IMG/VR virus record: IMGVR_UViG_3300000255_000001
Reading direction: 5' to 3' (one strand)
DNA length: 64,000 bases
DNA from: an uncultured virus (IMG/VR IMGVR_UViG_3300000255_000001)
Taxonomy: Duplodnaviria > Heunggongvirae > Uroviricota > Caudoviricetes
The notes beneath the pieces were generated by a model, which was not told the DNA's origin, made no database searches, and saw nothing but the letters and a program-made list of their open reading frames with translations. Both the position numbers and the translations under genes were made by a program. Shown piece after piece: positions 9,891 through 20,290 of the stretch. The stretch's first letter is position 1; every line of letters starts with the position of its first letter.

Positions 9891-10646
9891 ATGTCAAAAC
9901 GTAAAAGTCGTCCTAAACGCCGTAGCACACATTACGACTATATGGACGAAAAAATTATTGAATTTGAAAAATATTATGGAAAACCAAAAAACACACTAAA
10001 AAAACCAAACATAAAACTAAAAGCAAGATCACTTAATCAACAAGATTATATCAACTTATTAACTAATCCAGCCAATGCGATAGTATTTGCATGTGGCCCA
10101 GCAGGAACTGGCAAAACAATGTTAGCATGTTTAGCCGCACTTAAAGCATACTCAGAAAACAAGGTAGATAAAATTGTACTAACCCGCCCAGCAGTAGAAG
10201 TTGACGAACAACATGGCTTCTTACCCGGCACTATCCAACAAAAAATGGAACCATGGACACGCCCAATTTTTGATATCTTTCAAGAGTATTATTCACCAAA
10301 AAACATATCACGTATGATAGATGAAGGTATTGTTGAAATATCTCCACTAGCATATATGAGAGGACGAACATTTAAAAGAGCATTTATTATCGCAGATGAG
10401 ATGCAAAATGCTACACGAAATCAAATGAAAATGTTATTAACAAGAATAGGTGATGATTCCCGTATGGTAGTTACAGGAGATTTGGACCAAAGTGATAGAT
10501 ACCATGACAATGGATTATACGAATTTCAAGATTTACTTGAGAGGTATAATGAATGTAGGCATATAGATATGGTTCATTTTAATAACCGAGATATAAGACG
10601 CCACGTCGTTGTAGAGGAGGTACTACGAATTTACGGAGATGAATAA
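9891..10646 (+). CDS. phoH: PhoH-like ATPase
   Basis: GPAGTGKT, LTRPAVE, GFLPG, PLAYMRGRTF, DEMQN, LTRIG, GDLDQSD. Confidence 0.95.
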   Translation: MSKRKSRPKRRSTHYDYMDEKIIEFEKYYGKPKNTLKKPNIKLKARSLNQQDYINLLTNPANAIVFACGPAGTGKTMLACLAALKAYSENKVDKIVLTRPAVEVDEQHGFLPGTIQQKMEPWTRPIFDIFQEYYSPKNISRMIDEGIVEISPLAYMRGRTFKRAFIIADEMQNATRNQMKMLLTRIGDDSRMVVTGDLDQSDRYHDNGLYEFQDLLERYNECRHIDMVHFNNRDIRRHVVVEEVLRIYGDE

Positions 10647-10963
10647 TGACGTGTGAATTATGCAAATTGCATACAATAATTCATTTATATGAAGATCATG
10701 ATCCACGTTGGATCATATTAGATTGCATGTCGTGTGTGGTGCCTATGGTCGTTTGGCGGGCATCGCACACGATGTCTATACCTGTTAAAGATTACAATGA
10801 GATGGAATATGCTTTAACATGTGTTGGTGATAAGAAATATGGATCAGGCAATTATTATATAGATAAAAAACAACGAAGTATTCCAGATCATTTACACTGG
10901 CATGCTCGGCCTATTGATTGGTTATCAGAGGATTTGCGACTACTCGATCAAACAGGAATATAA
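10646..10963 (+). CDS. HIT-like protein
   Basis: N-terminal CELC and C-terminal IPDHLHWH histidine triad. Confidence 0.6.
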   Translation: MTCELCKLHTIIHLYEDHDPRWIILDCMSCVVPMVVWRASHTMSIPVKDYNEMEYALTCVGDKKYGSGNYYIDKKQRSIPDHLHWHARPIDWLSEDLRLLDQTGI

Positions 10964-11010
10964 ATATCACTAATACGATTTGTTCGGGTGCTCTTCGAAT
11001 AAATATTCAC

Positions 11011-11820
11011 ATGGAACGTAAGTTTGTAGTGCGCTATCAAGGTGGCTCTGGTGGTTTTTTGGTTTCCTGGTTATTACAACTAGCGCATGATCAGCGCAAA
11101 TCCAAATCTCCATCACATGCGGTAGATGCTTTAAATCGATTTCCATTGACATTAAAAAATAAGCCACTTGAATGGAAAAATCATGAATTAACTCCGCCTG
11201 ATATAGGAATATTGTGTAATTCTTTTTATGATTTGTATGAAAATCATTTTGATGGTTTTTTATTAGAAAAAGATGTACATGAATTATTGCAAAGAACTAT
11301 CAATAAAGATACTAAACTATACAGTGTAGCAGATTTTAGAATGAGAGTAAAATATTATCACTGTAATTACATAATACGGCGGCAAGCCAGCAACCCTTTA
11401 TGGGGTATAGCCGCTGGCGAACCAGTAGAAGAACCGTGGATATATGACGGAGATAATATTATGGATATTATTAAATTATCAGACTTGTTATTTGATCCAA
11501 GTAAAGTTCTGTTTGTAACTACACCATATAAATTTCTTAGATTATGTGAGGATGAAAAAGTGTGTGGTGAAATAAATTATGAAGATTTATACACTGGAAA
11601 TTTTGAAAGAAATATTTATATAACGGATATATTAAATAATTATAAGAATAAATTGAACATGTTTCCTATAGAATCTATATGGGAAGGGACTTGGCAGGAA
11701 CATATTGAAAAATTTATTAATAGAGAATTAACAGCACATCAGATACAAGTTTGTAAACTTCTAATTGGTAGGTGGTTGTATGTAACACCACAAAGCATAA
11801 AGGATGAATTTAATATATGA
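11011..11820 (+). CDS. hypothetical protein with sulfotransferase-like N-terminal loop
   Basis: VVRYQGGSGGFLVSWLL. Start chosen at TAAATA-N5-ATG. Confidence 0.5.
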   Translation: MERKFVVRYQGGSGGFLVSWLLQLAHDQRKSKSPSHAVDALNRFPLTLKNKPLEWKNHELTPPDIGILCNSFYDLYENHFDGFLLEKDVHELLQRTINKDTKLYSVADFRMRVKYYHCNYIIRRQASNPLWGIAAGEPVEEPWIYDGDNIMDIIKLSDLLFDPSKVLFVTTPYKFLRLCEDEKVCGEINYEDLYTGNFERNIYITDILNNYKNKLNMFPIESIWEGTWQEHIEKFINRELTAHQIQVCKLLIGRWLYVTPQSIKDEFNI

Positions 11821-12452
11821 GTTATATTTTCTTAGTAGGAGCGCCAGGATCACGTTGGAGTAGTGTTGCCGCTCATATATACGAATCTGTTGATATAGAT
11901 CAAACAGACGCCGCTCCCCACCGTGAATATTTAGGCGGGCCACAACTTAGTGATTATAAAGCAAAACACAGTGGCTCTTATTTTGATCCAGGTATGGAAT
12001 TTGGTAATTGGTTTGATAGCATAGATAAGCACAATAAAAAACAAAACGAAGCAGAGTTTAATAAAGCATTTAGTGGTATTTTACGCAGAGACAAATACAG
12101 GATTATTAAAAGCCACACATTAGCACACAATTTACAATATATAAAAACAGAATGGCCTAATAGCAAAATAGTTTTGACGTATAGAACAAACAAGAAATGC
12201 TATGATTGGTGGATGCAGGCAGGCGGATTTGAAATCTCGTATCCTAGTTATGAATGGTATGAAAACGAGAAAAAGATGAAGGCAGAGATTGCTTTACAAA
12301 ATAAAAATATTAAAGCATTTATGGCAGTTAATAAAGCAAAATTTAATGCGATAGACAGTTTTGATACGTGCAATTTGTTAAATATAAAGTGTCCTATAGA
12401 AGGTGTACACCAAAGTTATAAGGCAGAAGATATTAAAGTGTGCGTAATATGA
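11817..12452 (+). CDS. P-loop/sulfotransferase-like protein
   Basis: IFLVGAPGSRWSSV, IIKSH, PNSKIVLTYR. Confidence 0.55.
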   Translation: MSYIFLVGAPGSRWSSVAAHIYESVDIDQTDAAPHREYLGGPQLSDYKAKHSGSYFDPGMEFGNWFDSIDKHNKKQNEAEFNKAFSGILRRDKYRIIKSHTLAHNLQYIKTEWPNSKIVLTYRTNKKCYDWWMQAGGFEISYPSYEWYENEKKMKAEIALQNKNIKAFMAVNKAKFNAIDSFDTCNLLNIKCPIEGVHQSYKAEDIKVCVI

Positions 12453-12964
12453 ATTATGGCGATTATTTAGATCTAGATACAATATTAAATTCACAAAACA
12501 CAATAACATCGGATCGCAATGAACTGATGTTTATAGTTGCACACCAAGCATCCGAATTATGGTTTAAAGTATTAATACGCGAATTAAGCATTGCTACTAA
12601 TCCAGATCTAAAACGCATTGCCAAAATATTCAATCACTTAAATACATTGTGGGACATTATAGCAACACTTACCCCACAAGACTACGAGAGATTTAGAAGC
12701 ACACTAGGCTCAGCGTCAGGCAAACAATCAACACAATATATAGAAGTAGAACAGTTATTGAGAGATTTACCCAGCAAATGTTGTCCAAATACAAGTTTAT
12801 TTCCACGTGAAGCGTTATGCGATGTAGAAAATGCGTTTAAAAAATGGCAGTTTAATCATATGAAAACTGTAGAACGCATTATAGGGGATAAGCCTGGGAC
12901 TGGAGGCACATCTGGAGTAAAGTATTTAAAACAAACAGTTGATAAAAATTTGTGGGATAAATGA
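12449..12964 (+). CDS. kynA: tryptophan 2,3-dioxygenase, compact form
   Basis: YGDYLDLDTILNSQ, ELMFIVAHQASELWFK, FRSTLGSASGKQS, WQFNHMKTVERIIGDKPGTGGTSG. Confidence 0.9.
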   Translation: MNYGDYLDLDTILNSQNTITSDRNELMFIVAHQASELWFKVLIRELSIATNPDLKRIAKIFNHLNTLWDIIATLTPQDYERFRSTLGSASGKQSTQYIEVEQLLRDLPSKCCPNTSLFPREALCDVENAFKKWQFNHMKTVERIIGDKPGTGGTSGVKYLKQTVDKNLWDK

Positions 12965-13638
12965 ATATAAAAATACTTAATGCATTAGAGGATATGTTTA
13001 AAACATCTCCTCAAATCTTGCGAGATGATCACAAACTACGGCAGTCTATACAAGGTATGTTTGACGTATGGGTTGAGGATGTTAGTTTTGACAATACTGG
13101 CGAATTAGTTAATAAAATTGATGACAAAGTATTGGAAAAATACTTTAGTAATGTATGGCAGTCTGAAACTAAAAAATATAAGCACAGTGGATTAGCATTA
13201 GTGGATGAGATTAATAGTTTAAAACCACGTAGTGTGTTAGACGTTGGCTGTGGCTATAACGAGTTTAAAAGTAAAATAGACAACCTAATAGGTATTGACC
13301 CATATAATAGTCACGCAGATATTAAAGTAAGTATTTTAGATTATCATCCTTCTGAAACATTTGATGTAGTTATGTGCTTAGGTTCAATTAACTTTGGATC
13401 AACTGATAAAATATTAAAAGAGTTAGAGCATATAGTAAAATTAACAACGCCTGGTGGTAAAATATATTTTAGAGTAAACCCAGGACTAACGCATATACCA
13501 ACAGAATCCAGTTGGATATCTTTTTATGAATGGACACCAACATTTATAATTAACTGTGCTGACTTTTTAAAAGTAGATGTATTAGATTTGAGAAACGATT
13601 ACAAAGAAAGAATGTATTTTGTTTGGTCAAAGAAATAA
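12961..13638 (+). CDS. class I SAM-dependent methyltransferase
   Basis: VLDVGCG, IGIDP, FDVVMCLGSINF, TPGGKIYF. Confidence 0.85.
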   Translation: MNIKILNALEDMFKTSPQILRDDHKLRQSIQGMFDVWVEDVSFDNTGELVNKIDDKVLEKYFSNVWQSETKKYKHSGLALVDEINSLKPRSVLDVGCGYNEFKSKIDNLIGIDPYNSHADIKVSILDYHPSETFDVVMCLGSINFGSTDKILKELEHIVKLTTPGGKIYFRVNPGLTHIPTESSWISFYEWTPTFIINCADFLKVDVLDLRNDYKERMYFVWSKK

Positions 13639-13640
13639 TT

Positions 13641-14753
13641 ATGGCGCTAGAAGATAACATTATTGCAATATTTGTGGAAGAATATGGTGTTGAAAATAAT
13701 CAATATCCAAGAATGTCAATATTTTTTGATGATGTATTGATCGAAGAGAACATAGAAGTGCGAGAGATTAAGAAGACGGTTAATACTCTATTGCCAGAAT
13801 GGACTGGAATTAAAGCAGGAAATGATGTTCCTAAAAATGAGAGCGGGGCAGACAGCAGTTGTTATAAATTTATAGTTGAATTGGACAACCATAACGACCG
13901 CGATACAACAAGCACACATAAAATAAGAGTTGTATTTACCGACACAGAACTTTCGTGTTGTATTAATATACGTAGTATTTCGGCTAACAGTATTATAATA
14001 ATAGGTTGCACAGATTTGGTGGGTTCAGTACATACAGAAAATCCTGAACTTGAAATAAGTTTTACTATGCCATTATATCCATATAGAAAAGTATTAAAGT
14101 TAGAAAAGTTTAATAAAGAAGAAGTAAATTATCCAGAGATTTTTAAAATACCATTTAGTACTAGATTTATCAAAAAACATGTATGTACGGATCGTATTAT
14201 AGAAATGATGGGTGATTATTATGAAAAACAAGAGATGACTAAATTATTATCTGATAAAAAATTATTATCAATTCCTGAGTTATACCCACTGTGGTTAACT
14301 TTTCAAACTGCATTTGATGAGCACTGTGTTAAGTTTAATTTACCTAGAGTTCTAATATCAAGCAGTTGGTTTGTGTCGTATAAGAAATTAGATTCTATTA
14401 AAATGCATTTTCATCCTGGTGCGGTGATTGTGGGAGCGTGGTATCCATATGTTGATGAAGATTCAGCTCCAATAGTATTTGAGCATCCAAGTACTCAGGC
14501 TATAGTAGCTAGTCATTCATATAGGAAAGGTCTTGATCATATAGGAACAGATAATATGGACGAGTATCGAATTGAAGAATTTGAGATTCAACCCAAATCT
14601 GGAATGATGAATATATGGCCTGGCTACTTAAATCATTGGATTAGAAAAAATCATACAGATGAAAGATATATTGTAACAGTTAATACAATTCTTTATTCAG
14701 AAAGAGATGCCGTAGATAAAGATTATAGAATAGAACCTTTTGAAACATGGTAA
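13641..14753 (+). CDS. 2OG-Fe(II) oxygenase-like domain fused to an acidic beta-rich N-terminal domain
   Basis: C-terminal SSWFV..HFHP..VGAWY..PKSGMMNIWPGYLNH..R. Confidence 0.7.
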   Translation: MALEDNIIAIFVEEYGVENNQYPRMSIFFDDVLIEENIEVREIKKTVNTLLPEWTGIKAGNDVPKNESGADSSCYKFIVELDNHNDRDTTSTHKIRVVFTDTELSCCINIRSISANSIIIIGCTDLVGSVHTENPELEISFTMPLYPYRKVLKLEKFNKEEVNYPEIFKIPFSTRFIKKHVCTDRIIEMMGDYYEKQEMTKLLSDKKLLSIPELYPLWLTFQTAFDEHCVKFNLPRVLISSSWFVSYKKLDSIKMHFHPGAVIVGAWYPYVDEDSAPIVFEHPSTQAIVASHSYRKGLDHIGTDNMDEYRIEEFEIQPKSGMMNIWPGYLNHWIRKNHTDERYIVTVNTILYSERDAVDKDYRIEPFETW

Positions 14754-15673
14754 CAACATATAATCATGAAATGTTATTCACTAATCGTCACAGGAATAAT
14801 TGGTATTATAAACAAATAAAAAGTTCTTGTAATGATAAAATATGTTTGGATATAGGAACTGGATCCGGGGTACTTTCTTTATTTGCTATTCATTCTGGTG
14901 CGAAGCATGTATATATGATTGATCATAATATTGATTGTTGTGAGATGGCAGGAAGAATATTTCAAAAAGCAAATATACCTGAAGAAAAATATACTATAAT
15001 TCATGCTGAATTTGATCAAGAATTAATTGATAAACTACCCAAGATAGACGTAATAGTAAGTGAACTTATAACAAGTAATTTCTTTGGAATAGATCTTAGT
15101 AAATTATATGGATTAATAAAATACAATGAATCAACAAGACATGCTGTATTAATACCTGATACGTTATTAGGCTCATTTGCTTTATTTACTGATACAGAAA
15201 TGTTTGAAATAATAGATAGTCATAATAATAAAATCATTGAAATGGAAACTGGAGTTAAAGATATTGATGATAATTATTCCATCACATGTGATTTGTTTGA
15301 TCTAAATTTTGGAAAACAGAAGTATAATGTTAGACCATTTATCACTGAACAATCTGATAAACATAGATTATTAATGCAATTATATAGTTCTGCATTAAAA
15401 ACAACGACTACTATATTAAGAAATGTTATTAAATTTGACATGCATAATCCTACAACAAATTATGAGTGGAAAATTAATAATAATTTACCTAATGGCAAAT
15501 ATGGTGCAATGTTATTAGGTATTATAGGTTGTTTTAATATAGAAAATAGTTCATTACATTTAATGAATCAAGATGTATGGGCAACTTATTTTTATAAATT
15601 TGAAAAAACAAATGATAACATTATTATAAAGTTTGATAGAAATATTAATAATTTTGCCATTTTTTGTGACTAA
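14747..15673 (+). CDS. PRMT-like class I SAM methyltransferase
   Basis: EML....RN..Y, CLDIGTGSGVLSLFAIHSGAKHVY, IDVIVSEL. Confidence 0.75.
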   Translation: MVTTYNHEMLFTNRHRNNWYYKQIKSSCNDKICLDIGTGSGVLSLFAIHSGAKHVYMIDHNIDCCEMAGRIFQKANIPEEKYTIIHAEFDQELIDKLPKIDVIVSELITSNFFGIDLSKLYGLIKYNESTRHAVLIPDTLLGSFALFTDTEMFEIIDSHNNKIIEMETGVKDIDDNYSITCDLFDLNFGKQKYNVRPFITEQSDKHRLLMQLYSSALKTTTTILRNVIKFDMHNPTTNYEWKINNNLPNGKYGAMLLGIIGCFNIENSSLHLMNQDVWATYFYKFEKTNDNIIIKFDRNINNFAIFCD

Positions 15674-15754
15674 ATTATATAATACAATAAATATATTTAC
15701 CTACCAAGTGTTAGTAACGCTCCTTAGGAAGTTCATTAACACACACTATCCCCT

Positions 15755-15940
15755 ATGAATGAAATTATCGCTCTATTGGGCGGGACTTTGTATGGACTAT
15801 TAATCGGCATCATACCCGGTGCTGGTGCGACTACAGGCCTCGTTGCAATAGTTATATGGGTTTGTGTACAGTATACAGGAGGTTGGGAAGATTTTGCTAT
15901 TTTCGTAAAAATAGAATCAATTATTCATAGGAGAATATAA
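15755..15940 (+). pseudogene. internally deleted TctA paralog remnant
   Basis: LLGGTLYGLLIGIIPGAGATTGLV resembles the TctA N-terminus. It is joined directly to QYTGGWEDFA, which matches QYTGGWEDLA about 400 aa into the intact TctA downstream. Confidence 0.75.
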
Positions 15941-15967
15941 TGAAGAAGTTTATTAATGGAGTAACAA

Positions 15968-17023
15968 ATGTTTAAAAAACTATTAATCTCGGCAATACTT
16001 TCAATAGGTATTGCAACATCGGCGTTAGCCGATTATACCCTAATCGTGCCACAGGCACCTGGTAAGGGCACTTCAGTTTGGAGTGAAATCATTGCTAAGA
16101 ACTTAGAAAAGTTCCTAGGCGAACCAGTAGTAGTACGTCACATTCCAGGCGCACGTGATATTCCTGGATTTAACAAGTTCCACGATAGTCTACGTTTTGA
16201 TGATAAAACAATCATGGTTGCACACGGTGGCAACGGTGTATCGTTTCTATTAGATAAAGTTAGATACAATTATTTTGATTATGAACTAATTGGTTCAATG
16301 AATAATGATATCGTTCTTGGTAAACAAGAAGGTAAAGATGAAAAATCAGGCACTTGGACAATCGCAGGCGGGTCAGGTTTTGAACCAGATGCGGCCGCGG
16401 CGGCAATGTTAATCTGTGGCCCACAAGAAAACGGTTCAATCGATGCCTACTTGACATGTTGGAGAGAACGTGTTGTATGGGTTAACGGTGTATCAGGCGG
16501 TGAAAAGCGTCTAGGTTTCCAAAATGGTGAATTTGATATCGCACGTGAATCACCAGCGGCATGGAAGCGTTTCTATACAGATATCGAAGGTAATGAACTA
16601 TGGTTCACTCACGGTATCCTAGACTTAGAAAACAATATACAAATGGATGACCCTAACTTCCCTAATACACAATTTGAAGATGTGTATGAAAGATTATGGG
16701 GCGAAGCACCATCAGGTGATTTATATCAAGCATATAAACTTACTCGTAACTGGCGTGACGCAATCCAAAAATCACTTTGGATGAACAAAGGTAATCCAAA
16801 TGCGGCAAAAGTTAAATCGGCTGTAACTGCAATGATCAATGATCCAGTTGCATCAGCAGAAATTTATGCTAAGACAGGTGTTTATCCTTGGATTCAAGAT
16901 GGTGATAGTCTATTAGCGGCTCTTAAATCTTTGATTACAGAGAAAGCACTAAGAGATGCGGTGAAGTGGAACCAAGAAGCGTATGGCTTCCCATCAATCT
17001 ACAAACCTGAACTTTTAGACTAA
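15968..17023 (+). CDS. tctC: tripartite tricarboxylate transporter periplasmic binding protein (TctC/Bug-like)
   Basis: Signal peptide ending ALA, then YTLIVPQAPGKGTSVW...LEKFLGEPVVVRHIPGA. Adjacent to tctA. Confidence 0.75.
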   Translation: MFKKLLISAILSIGIATSALADYTLIVPQAPGKGTSVWSEIIAKNLEKFLGEPVVVRHIPGARDIPGFNKFHDSLRFDDKTIMVAHGGNGVSFLLDKVRYNYFDYELIGSMNNDIVLGKQEGKDEKSGTWTIAGGSGFEPDAAAAAMLICGPQENGSIDAYLTCWRERVVWVNGVSGGEKRLGFQNGEFDIARESPAAWKRFYTDIEGNELWFTHGILDLENNIQMDDPNFPNTQFEDVYERLWGEAPSGDLYQAYKLTRNWRDAIQKSLWMNKGNPNAAKVKSAVTAMINDPVASAEIYAKTGVYPWIQDGDSLLAALKSLITEKALRDAVKWNQEAYGFPSIYKPELLD

Positions 17024-17033
17024 GGAAAGCACT

Positions 17034-18542
17034 ATGGAATATGTTATCTGGGCATTAGTTGGCACTTGTTATGGAATGTTAGTTGGTATTATTCCTATCG
17101 CAGGTGTAACTACTGCTCTGATAACTGTCTTTACCATGGGAGCATATTTTATGGCCGACCCTTATTTGGGGTTGGTCTTTTTAACTGCTATCGTGGCAAG
17201 TTGTGCGAGTGCAGATAGTTATACAAGTATTCTTACTGGTATTCCTGGCGCTAGTACTACTGCGGCATGTGTTATTGACGGTTATCCTATGGCAAAGAAA
17301 GGTCAAGCCGCTAGAGCAATGGGAATTGCTATTGCTGATTCAACATTTAATGGTGTTGTATTTGCGGCATTAACTTTCTTTTTACTTCCATACTATGGAA
17401 AAATTATAGTATTATTTGGACGCCCGGAGTTTCTGGGCTTTATGACAATGGCACTAGCCTGTGTAGGCTTTGTTGCAAGTAAAAATGTTTTCTTAAGTAT
17501 CTGTGCAATCATATTCGGATTAGCAGTAGGTATGGTAGGAGAAGATGTTGTAAGTAATCCTAGACTGACATTCGGTTGGGAATATTTACAAAATGGAATT
17601 GGCATGGTGGTTCTACTATCAGGCTTATTCGGAGTTCCTGAATTATTAGACGGATTCAGAAAGAAATTAAAATCAGCGGCACCACCGTTAGAAGGAAATT
17701 ATTGGACAGGACTGAAACAAGGTTTTGGTGATTGCAAACGACATTGGAAAGATATGGTTAGAGGTGGACTAATTGGATTCGTAACTGGCTTATTGCCAGG
17801 CGTAGGAGGAGCAGTAGGTGACTTCTTAGCATACGGTGCAACCAAAGCCGCACACAAAGAAGAAGATCAAGAAGTTCCATTTGGTGAAGGTAATCCTGTA
17901 GGATTACTAGGCTGTGAAGGAGCCAACAATGCACAGAAAGTATCTAGTATGATACCTGCTTGTTTGTTTGGTATTCCTGCGGCACCATTTGCGGCTATGG
18001 TTATGGCAATCTGTATGTACTTCGGTATGGAGATTGGCACACCAAGTTTACTACAAGATTTACAATTTACAAATTCACTGGCATTTGGTTATATATTTGG
18101 AACAGTTGGTGTAGCATTGTTGAGTATAGTCTTATACAAATATATTCTTAAAATATTAGAAGTTCCGTTTTGGATTTATGCTACATTTATTTTAGCAGTA
18201 ATTGTTTATGCTAATATGCAATATACAGGTGGCTGGGAAGACTTGGCCTTACTTGCTATATTAAGTGCTATTGGTGTTGTATGTAAAATATATAACATTA
18301 GTAGACCGGCAATTCTAGTTGCATACGTTGTAGCATTTAAAATAGATGAATACTTCTGGGGAACCTTACAACTGTACGGTTACAAACAATGGAAGCCAGG
18401 CTTAACGTCGATGGAAGGATTTAGATGGGGAGAATTATTTAACATTTATAATCATCCTATCTTCCTTGTATGTATTGTAATAGCATTAGGCATATTCATA
18501 AATAGTTTAGTAAGAAAAGACAAAGGACTTGATTACACATGA
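17034..18542 (+). CDS. tctA: tripartite tricarboxylate transporter large permease
   Basis: 502 aa, about 12 TM. GMLVGIIP, SILTGIPG, DGYPMAKKG, GLLPGVGG, EGANNA, FGIP. Confidence 0.9.
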   Translation: MEYVIWALVGTCYGMLVGIIPIAGVTTALITVFTMGAYFMADPYLGLVFLTAIVASCASADSYTSILTGIPGASTTAACVIDGYPMAKKGQAARAMGIAIADSTFNGVVFAALTFFLLPYYGKIIVLFGRPEFLGFMTMALACVGFVASKNVFLSICAIIFGLAVGMVGEDVVSNPRLTFGWEYLQNGIGMVVLLSGLFGVPELLDGFRKKLKSAAPPLEGNYWTGLKQGFGDCKRHWKDMVRGGLIGFVTGLLPGVGGAVGDFLAYGATKAAHKEEDQEVPFGEGNPVGLLGCEGANNAQKVSSMIPACLFGIPAAPFAAMVMAICMYFGMEIGTPSLLQDLQFTNSLAFGYIFGTVGVALLSIVLYKYILKILEVPFWIYATFILAVIVYANMQYTGGWEDLALLAILSAIGVVCKIYNISRPAILVAYVVAFKIDEYFWGTLQLYGYKQWKPGLTSMEGFRWGELFNIYNHPIFLVCIVIALGIFINSLVRKDKGLDYT

Positions 18543-19285
18543 TACACAAAACAGATTGGTCTAAAACCTTAAAAGACCCATCTGAATTCGATTCGAACTG
18601 GGATTGGACAGTAGCACATAGCGAATATCATTTTGATGATAACGTTAAAGATAAAGAAGGTGAATGGTTTAAGGTATTAGGCCGATTTGATAATCCTGAA
18701 CTTTGGAAAGAAGATAGAGATAGATTAGTTGAAAATTCAACTAAAGCAATTAATTGGGAATCACGTAAATTCTATGGAGATAAAGAAGACGAATCTCCAA
18801 TGCTAAAACAAGAAGAATACGATATTGAACAAGGAGGCGGAGATCCTAAAAAACTTATGCTTACAAATATGAAAGATGAGTTAGAAGATTATCCAATGCT
18901 TGTTAAAATGAAAGAACACTTTGGGGTAATAGGCAGTAAAGACGAGTTAAAATATAGAGCCCATGTTCAATTAACAGGTCAAATGTTTAACTTACATATT
19001 GATAAGCTATGGGATAGATGTATTGATGATCCAGAACAAATATGTCGTATTGCATTTTTCTTAGATGATTGGAGACCAGGACAGTTTTATATGTATGGTA
19101 ATTTTATCTATGAAAGATGGAAAGCTGGCGAGGCACATATCTTTGATTGGGCAAATGCACCACACGCCACAGCGAATGCTAGTAATTTCCCAAGACCAAT
19201 TATCCAGATTACAGGACTAAAATCTGAAAAGACTAGAGAGATTATTGCTAATGGATCAAGTGATACAGTATGGACACTAGCGTAA
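18539..19285 (+). CDS. 2OG-Fe(II)/AspH-like oxygenase
   Basis: HVQLTGQMFNLHIDKL (HxD), FLDDWRPGQF, PHATANA (distal His), R...Q.TG. Confidence 0.65.
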   Translation: MIHKTDWSKTLKDPSEFDSNWDWTVAHSEYHFDDNVKDKEGEWFKVLGRFDNPELWKEDRDRLVENSTKAINWESRKFYGDKEDESPMLKQEEYDIEQGGGDPKKLMLTNMKDELEDYPMLVKMKEHFGVIGSKDELKYRAHVQLTGQMFNLHIDKLWDRCIDDPEQICRIAFFLDDWRPGQFYMYGNFIYERWKAGEAHIFDWANAPHATANASNFPRPIIQITGLKSEKTREIIANGSSDTVWTLA

Positions 19286-19291
19286 GAAGTC

Positions 19292-19942
19292 TTGTTAACG
19301 TTGAAACCAATACTAACAATAATGACAGGACCACAAGGTAGTGGTAATCACTTATTCAGCAAAGCATTAGGACAAAATAAAAATATATTTGTATGGCCTA
19401 AACTACAAGAAAAGTATTGGGAAGGTCATGATTTAGAACCTTTCGCAGAGTGTTGGAAAGATCCATCAAAGCTAAATGAATTTGATTGGGAACAAAGCAA
19501 TTATTTTATTACAAGTATTAGTTGTCCTTATTTTGATGATGGCGTAGAAACTATTCCAGCATATAATAGTTTTATAGAAGTAGCAAGGAAGTTTTGTAGA
19601 ATTCAATTTCTTATAATAGGAAGAGATAGTAATATTGTAAAATTACAGCAAGAACGTGTAAGAGGAAAACATACAACACCGTTTTTTATAAAACAGTTAG
19701 TTAGTATAACACTTAACCATAAAACAGTATTTGCTAGTCAAGAGTTATTATACTTGTATGAGATAAGATATTTACAATGGTTAGAAAAACAACTAGGATT
19801 GTTACCAAATGAAGTAACAATAGATGATGCTAAACTATCAGAAATATTATCTAAAGATGCTAATGAAAAATACATATCACAAGCAGAATCAAAATTAGAT
19901 AAAACAATAAAGTTAGCAAGTAACCGGAAAGGCGCTGTATGA
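19292..19942 (+). CDS. P-loop sulfotransferase/kinase-like protein
   Basis: IMTGPQGSGNHLFSK, FLIIGRD. Confidence 0.5.
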   Translation: MLTLKPILTIMTGPQGSGNHLFSKALGQNKNIFVWPKLQEKYWEGHDLEPFAECWKDPSKLNEFDWEQSNYFITSISCPYFDDGVETIPAYNSFIEVARKFCRIQFLIIGRDSNIVKLQQERVRGKHTTPFFIKQLVSITLNHKTVFASQELLYLYEIRYLQWLEKQLGLLPNEVTIDDAKLSEILSKDANEKYISQAESKLDKTIKLASNRKGAV

Positions 19943-20289
19943 TAGAACTAGCTGTCACTAATATAATTTATGTACTTTATAGATTGGTTGTTTCCGGACC
20001 AATAGTTAAGTTCTTAAACAAATATATAACTTACTATTGGGCAGTATTCTTTATGGCCCAATTAAGTTTTTTAGCTGACAATATCCTATTTTACAACTAT
20101 TTTGAAGCAGATTCGTTTTTATGGCTTGACATAATATGGGCTGATGTGGTATACTCTATTAGAGTATTATGTGCTTGGTGGGTAATCAAGCAGTTATGGG
20201 ATTGGTTAAATAATTATTGGTTAGCAGTTTTTATTGGTGCTGAACTAACATTTACTGTAGATTATTTTATATTTGATGGAGTATATTAG
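19939..20289 (+). CDS. small multi-pass membrane protein
   Basis: 3-4 hydrophobic segments and an internal YW(L)AVF repeat. ATGA-coupled. Confidence 0.55.
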   Translation: MIELAVTNIIYVLYRLVVSGPIVKFLNKYITYYWAVFFMAQLSFLADNILFYNYFEADSFLWLDIIWADVVYSIRVLCAWWVIKQLWDWLNNYWLAVFIGAELTFTVDYFIFDGVY

Positions 20290-20290
20290 T

